DNA from: an uncultured Pelagibacteraceae bacterium | Lineage (GTDB): Bacteria; Pseudomonadota; Alphaproteobacteria; Pelagibacterales; Pelagibacteraceae | DNA length: 64,000 nt | Direction of reading: 5' to 3' | Assembly (NCBI GenBank): GCA_902622825.1 | Contig: CACNRH010000001.1 | Coordinates: forward strand, 12,765 to 76,764 | Shown here: positions 61,504-64,000 of the stretch, piece after piece | Numbering within the stretch: position 1 is the first letter of the stretch | Layout of the letters: each line of letters starts with the position of its first letter | The notes under the pieces: generated by a model | Databases searched by the model: none | What the model saw: the letters and a program-made list of their open reading frames with translations, nothing else | Told to the model about the DNA's origin: nothing | Translations under genes and position numbers: made by a program

Positions 61504-63051
61504 ATGGGAAAAAATTTATCTTATAGGGAAAAATTATTAGAGCTTTCAAGAATATACAAAATATCGGAAATTCAAAATTATATTAAAAGGAAAAAAAACC
61601 TAACTACTTCACAGATTGAGCATATTTTAAAAAAAAACAAAGTTCCAATACCAAAAGATTTCAATGTAGGTTTTTTTGAAAAAAACTTTACGAAACCTCT
61701 AAGTAAAGCAGGTAGAAATGTTACAGGTTTTTATGGTGACACATCGAAAGGATTTTCCAGGATGGTTTCAAAAACTGGTAAAGGCGCTACAGGTATTTAC
61801 GACAATACTACAAGCGGTATAGCAAATTTTTTCATTTCTTTGTGGAGAGGTGTAGGATTGGCCGGATTAAATGTTTTGAATATTATACCTAAATTAATAT
61901 CTACTATTAATAATTTTTTTAGTGATTTATTTGTTAATACATTCAGCTCCTTTTATGATCAAAAAATTGAGGAAAAAAAAGCAGGAAAAATTGTAGCTGG
62001 TGTAGGTTACCTAGCTATAATCGGAGTGATGGTTGTTCTTGGTTACACTGTTATTGATAACTTTAAAAAGGATAACTTAATTTTTGAAACAAAGAAACAA
62101 AATGAACAAAAAATTGAGAAGAACGCTAAAATCAAAAATAATAATGCAAAAACACAAAATAAGTCAAAATCAGATCCAAAAAAAGAGTTAGCGAAACTTC
62201 CAAAAAAAGATATTAAACCTGATAAAGAAAAAACAAAAGATCCGAGTCAAGTCAAAGAACTTGTGTTGCCTAACTTAAATCTTAAAACAGATACGGTGCT
62301 AAGTTTATTTGAGGATGTCGAGTACGATTTGAAACAAGTAAGATATCAAAAGAAAGTCAAACCGATTTATTTTACGCAATTTCCCAAAGACCTTGATGAG
62401 ATAAAAGATACTCAATTAAAAAAAGAAACATTCATAAAAATTGTTTTACCACTAGTTGTTGCAGAAAATGATAAAATTTTAAACGATAGAATCAAATTAA
62501 AAAAAATTGTTTCTAAAAAAATGACATCCGATAAGGAAAAACTTTGGCTTCGACAAAAGCTTAGAGAATATAAAGTTAAAAATTCAGATATGAAGGAGTT
62601 ACAAAAAAGAATGGATATTATACCAGTTTCAATCGCATTAGCTCAGGCGGCAAAAGAAAGTGGTTGGGGTACATCAAGGTTTGCTTTAGAGGGTAACGCA
62701 ATATTTGGCCAATGGACTTGGACAGGACAAGGTATAGAGCCATTAAACAAAGGAAAACATGAAGGCCACAAAATACTGCGTTTTCCAATTTTAAGAGCTT
62801 CAGTAAAAGCTTATAAAAATAATTTAAATACTCATAAAGTTTATTCTGAATTCAGAGAGAAAAGATCTAAGTTAAGAAAAAGAAATAGAAACCTGAAGGG
62901 AACAGAGCTGACGCAAACTCTCGATAAATACGCACAAACAGGCAAAGAGTATACGAGAATTCTCGAGCAAATAATTAATCAAAATGATCTTTCTGATTTT
63001 GAAACTGTACAACTTACCAATTCCGTAATTAAAAAAGAATTAAATTTGTAG
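61504..63051 (+). CDS. Bax-like glucosaminidase-domain protein with long N-terminal region
   Basis: K..FI..VLP, IP.SIALAQAA.ESGWGTSRFA.EGNA.FG, NLNTH..Y..FR; single TM near aa 165-185. Confidence 0.85.
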   Translation: MGKNLSYREKLLELSRIYKISEIQNYIKRKKNLTTSQIEHILKKNKVPIPKDFNVGFFEKNFTKPLSKAGRNVTGFYGDTSKGFSRMVSKTGKGATGIYDNTTSGIANFFISLWRGVGLAGLNVLNIIPKLISTINNFFSDLFVNTFSSFYDQKIEEKKAGKIVAGVGYLAIIGVMVVLGYTVIDNFKKDNLIFETKKQNEQKIEKNAKIKNNNAKTQNKSKSDPKKELAKLPKKDIKPDKEKTKDPSQVKELVLPNLNLKTDTVLSLFEDVEYDLKQVRYQKKVKPIYFTQFPKDLDEIKDTQLKKETFIKIVLPLVVAENDKILNDRIKLKKIVSKKMTSDKEKLWLRQKLREYKVKNSDMKELQKRMDIIPVSIALAQAAKESGWGTSRFALEGNAIFGQWTWTGQGIEPLNKGKHEGHKILRFPILRASVKAYKNNLNTHKVYSEFREKRSKLRKRNRNLKGTELTQTLDKYAQTGKEYTRILEQIINQNDLSDFETVQLTNSVIKKELNL

Positions 63052-64000
63052 TCACTTTTCAGCCACTACAAACTGAACGCCAAGCCATCTATAATAGCCA
63101 TTCTCTTCTCTTAATGAGCAATTAATTCTACCTCTCTCAGTAGTAAATTTTCCATTAAGAATTATATTAATCTCATTATCATTTAGAAATTTTAATTCTG
63201 ATTTTCGCCAAGTGTTTTCTTCATTTGAAAAACAATTAATGTTTTTAATATTGTAATTTTTGAAAAATTTAATTCGAACATTTGGAGGATTTGAGTCAAT
63301 ATTAATATATTTTTCTTTAGGTAATAATTCTTCAAACTTAAATGGTAATGTTCTAAGTAACGTTTTGAATCTTTTTATTTCACCATATTTTTCATTAATA
63401 GGAAATCTAGGCAATTCGTAAGGGTCTTTTGTTATATCTATAACTCCAGAATGTTGACCAAAAGCAAATTCAAATCCCAGATCATTAATTAATTTTTTAA
63501 AAGCTAAACTATACTCTCCAAATGGATAAGAGAAGAAATTTGAATTATAATTCATATTCTTCTTAAATATGTTTATTGAAGTTTTAATATCATTTTCAAT
63601 ATCAGTAATTTTAAAGTCGATTAGATAATCGTGTGTATGGCTATGATTCCCAATTTCTACAAAATTATAACTCGCCACCTCATTGATTTGAGCCCAGCTC
63701 ATATAGCCGTTTTTACCAACTTCTCTAGTACTAACAAATAAAATGAATGGAATTTCTTTTGATTTAAGAATTGGCCAAGCCTTCTTATAAAAAGACAAAA
63801 ATCCATCATCTATGGTAATCAAAACTTTTCTTTGATTTAAATTATCTCGCATCTCTTGTTTAAAATTTTTGGGATTAACAAATTTTATGCCCTCTTCTTC
63901 AATAATCTTAATTTGTTCAATGAAATCCTTTATTCTAATATTAGTAGATGGATATTTATTTTCTTCAAACCTATGGTACATTAACGATATAATCCCGTAA
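63052..64000 (-). CDS. polysaccharide deacetylase (5' end probably beyond window)
   Basis: MYHRF, ITIDDG, GNHSHTH, FSYPFGE, LPRF; frame stays open upstream of ATG 63981 to the window edge. Confidence 0.88.
   Translation of the reverse strand, partial: YGIISLMYHRFEENKYPSTNIRIKDFIEQIKIIEEEGIKFVNPKNFKQEMRDNLNQRKVLITIDDGFLSFYKKAWPILKSKEIPFILFVSTREVGKNGYMSWAQINEVASYNFVEIGNHSHTHDYLIDFKITDIENDIKTSINIFKKNMNYNSNFFSYPFGEYSLAFKKLINDLGFEFAFGQHSGVIDITKDPYELPRFPINEKYGEIKRFKTLLRTLPFKFEELLPKEKYINIDSNPPNVRIKFFKNYNIKNINCFSNEENTWRKSELKFLNDNEINIILNGKFTTERGRINCSLREENGYYRWLGVQFVVAEK

Noticed and set aside
1-64000. CRISPR array, prophage, IS, defence island
   Set aside because: No spaced direct repeats, cas, transposase, integrase or phage genes seen; the only long repeat is the porin duplication

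Overview
AT-rich, gene-dense core chromosome of a streamlined alphaproteobacterium, most consistent with Pelagibacterales (SAR11) on gene content, synteny and near-zero intergenic space (taxonomy is inference). The window spans the replication origin (hemE<-oriC->ppsR-maf-aroE-coaE-dnaQ) and mnmE-mnmG-rsmG-parAB with two parS sites inside rsmG. It also holds his, hslUV, grpE-dnaK-dnaJ, acs with an acetate-type symporter, leuS and one tRNA-Gly. I found no prophage, IS, integrase or CRISPR. Best leads: (1) a 40-aa ORF missing from the ORF track (46484..46606) that aligns without gaps to the core of ribosome-rescue factor ArfA, coupled to a CenR-like regulator with a degenerate receiver; (2) two tandem porin genes with near-identical 5' ends but diverged 3' halves, suggesting gene conversion or switching; (3) HemG in the position where HemJ usually sits, next to a possibly TMEM14-like membrane protein; (4) an Acs with a protamine-like N-terminal tail; (5) a second missing 55-aa membrane ORF in the dnaK-dnaJ-dapB run. 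All calls come from motif recognition by eye; no searches were run.
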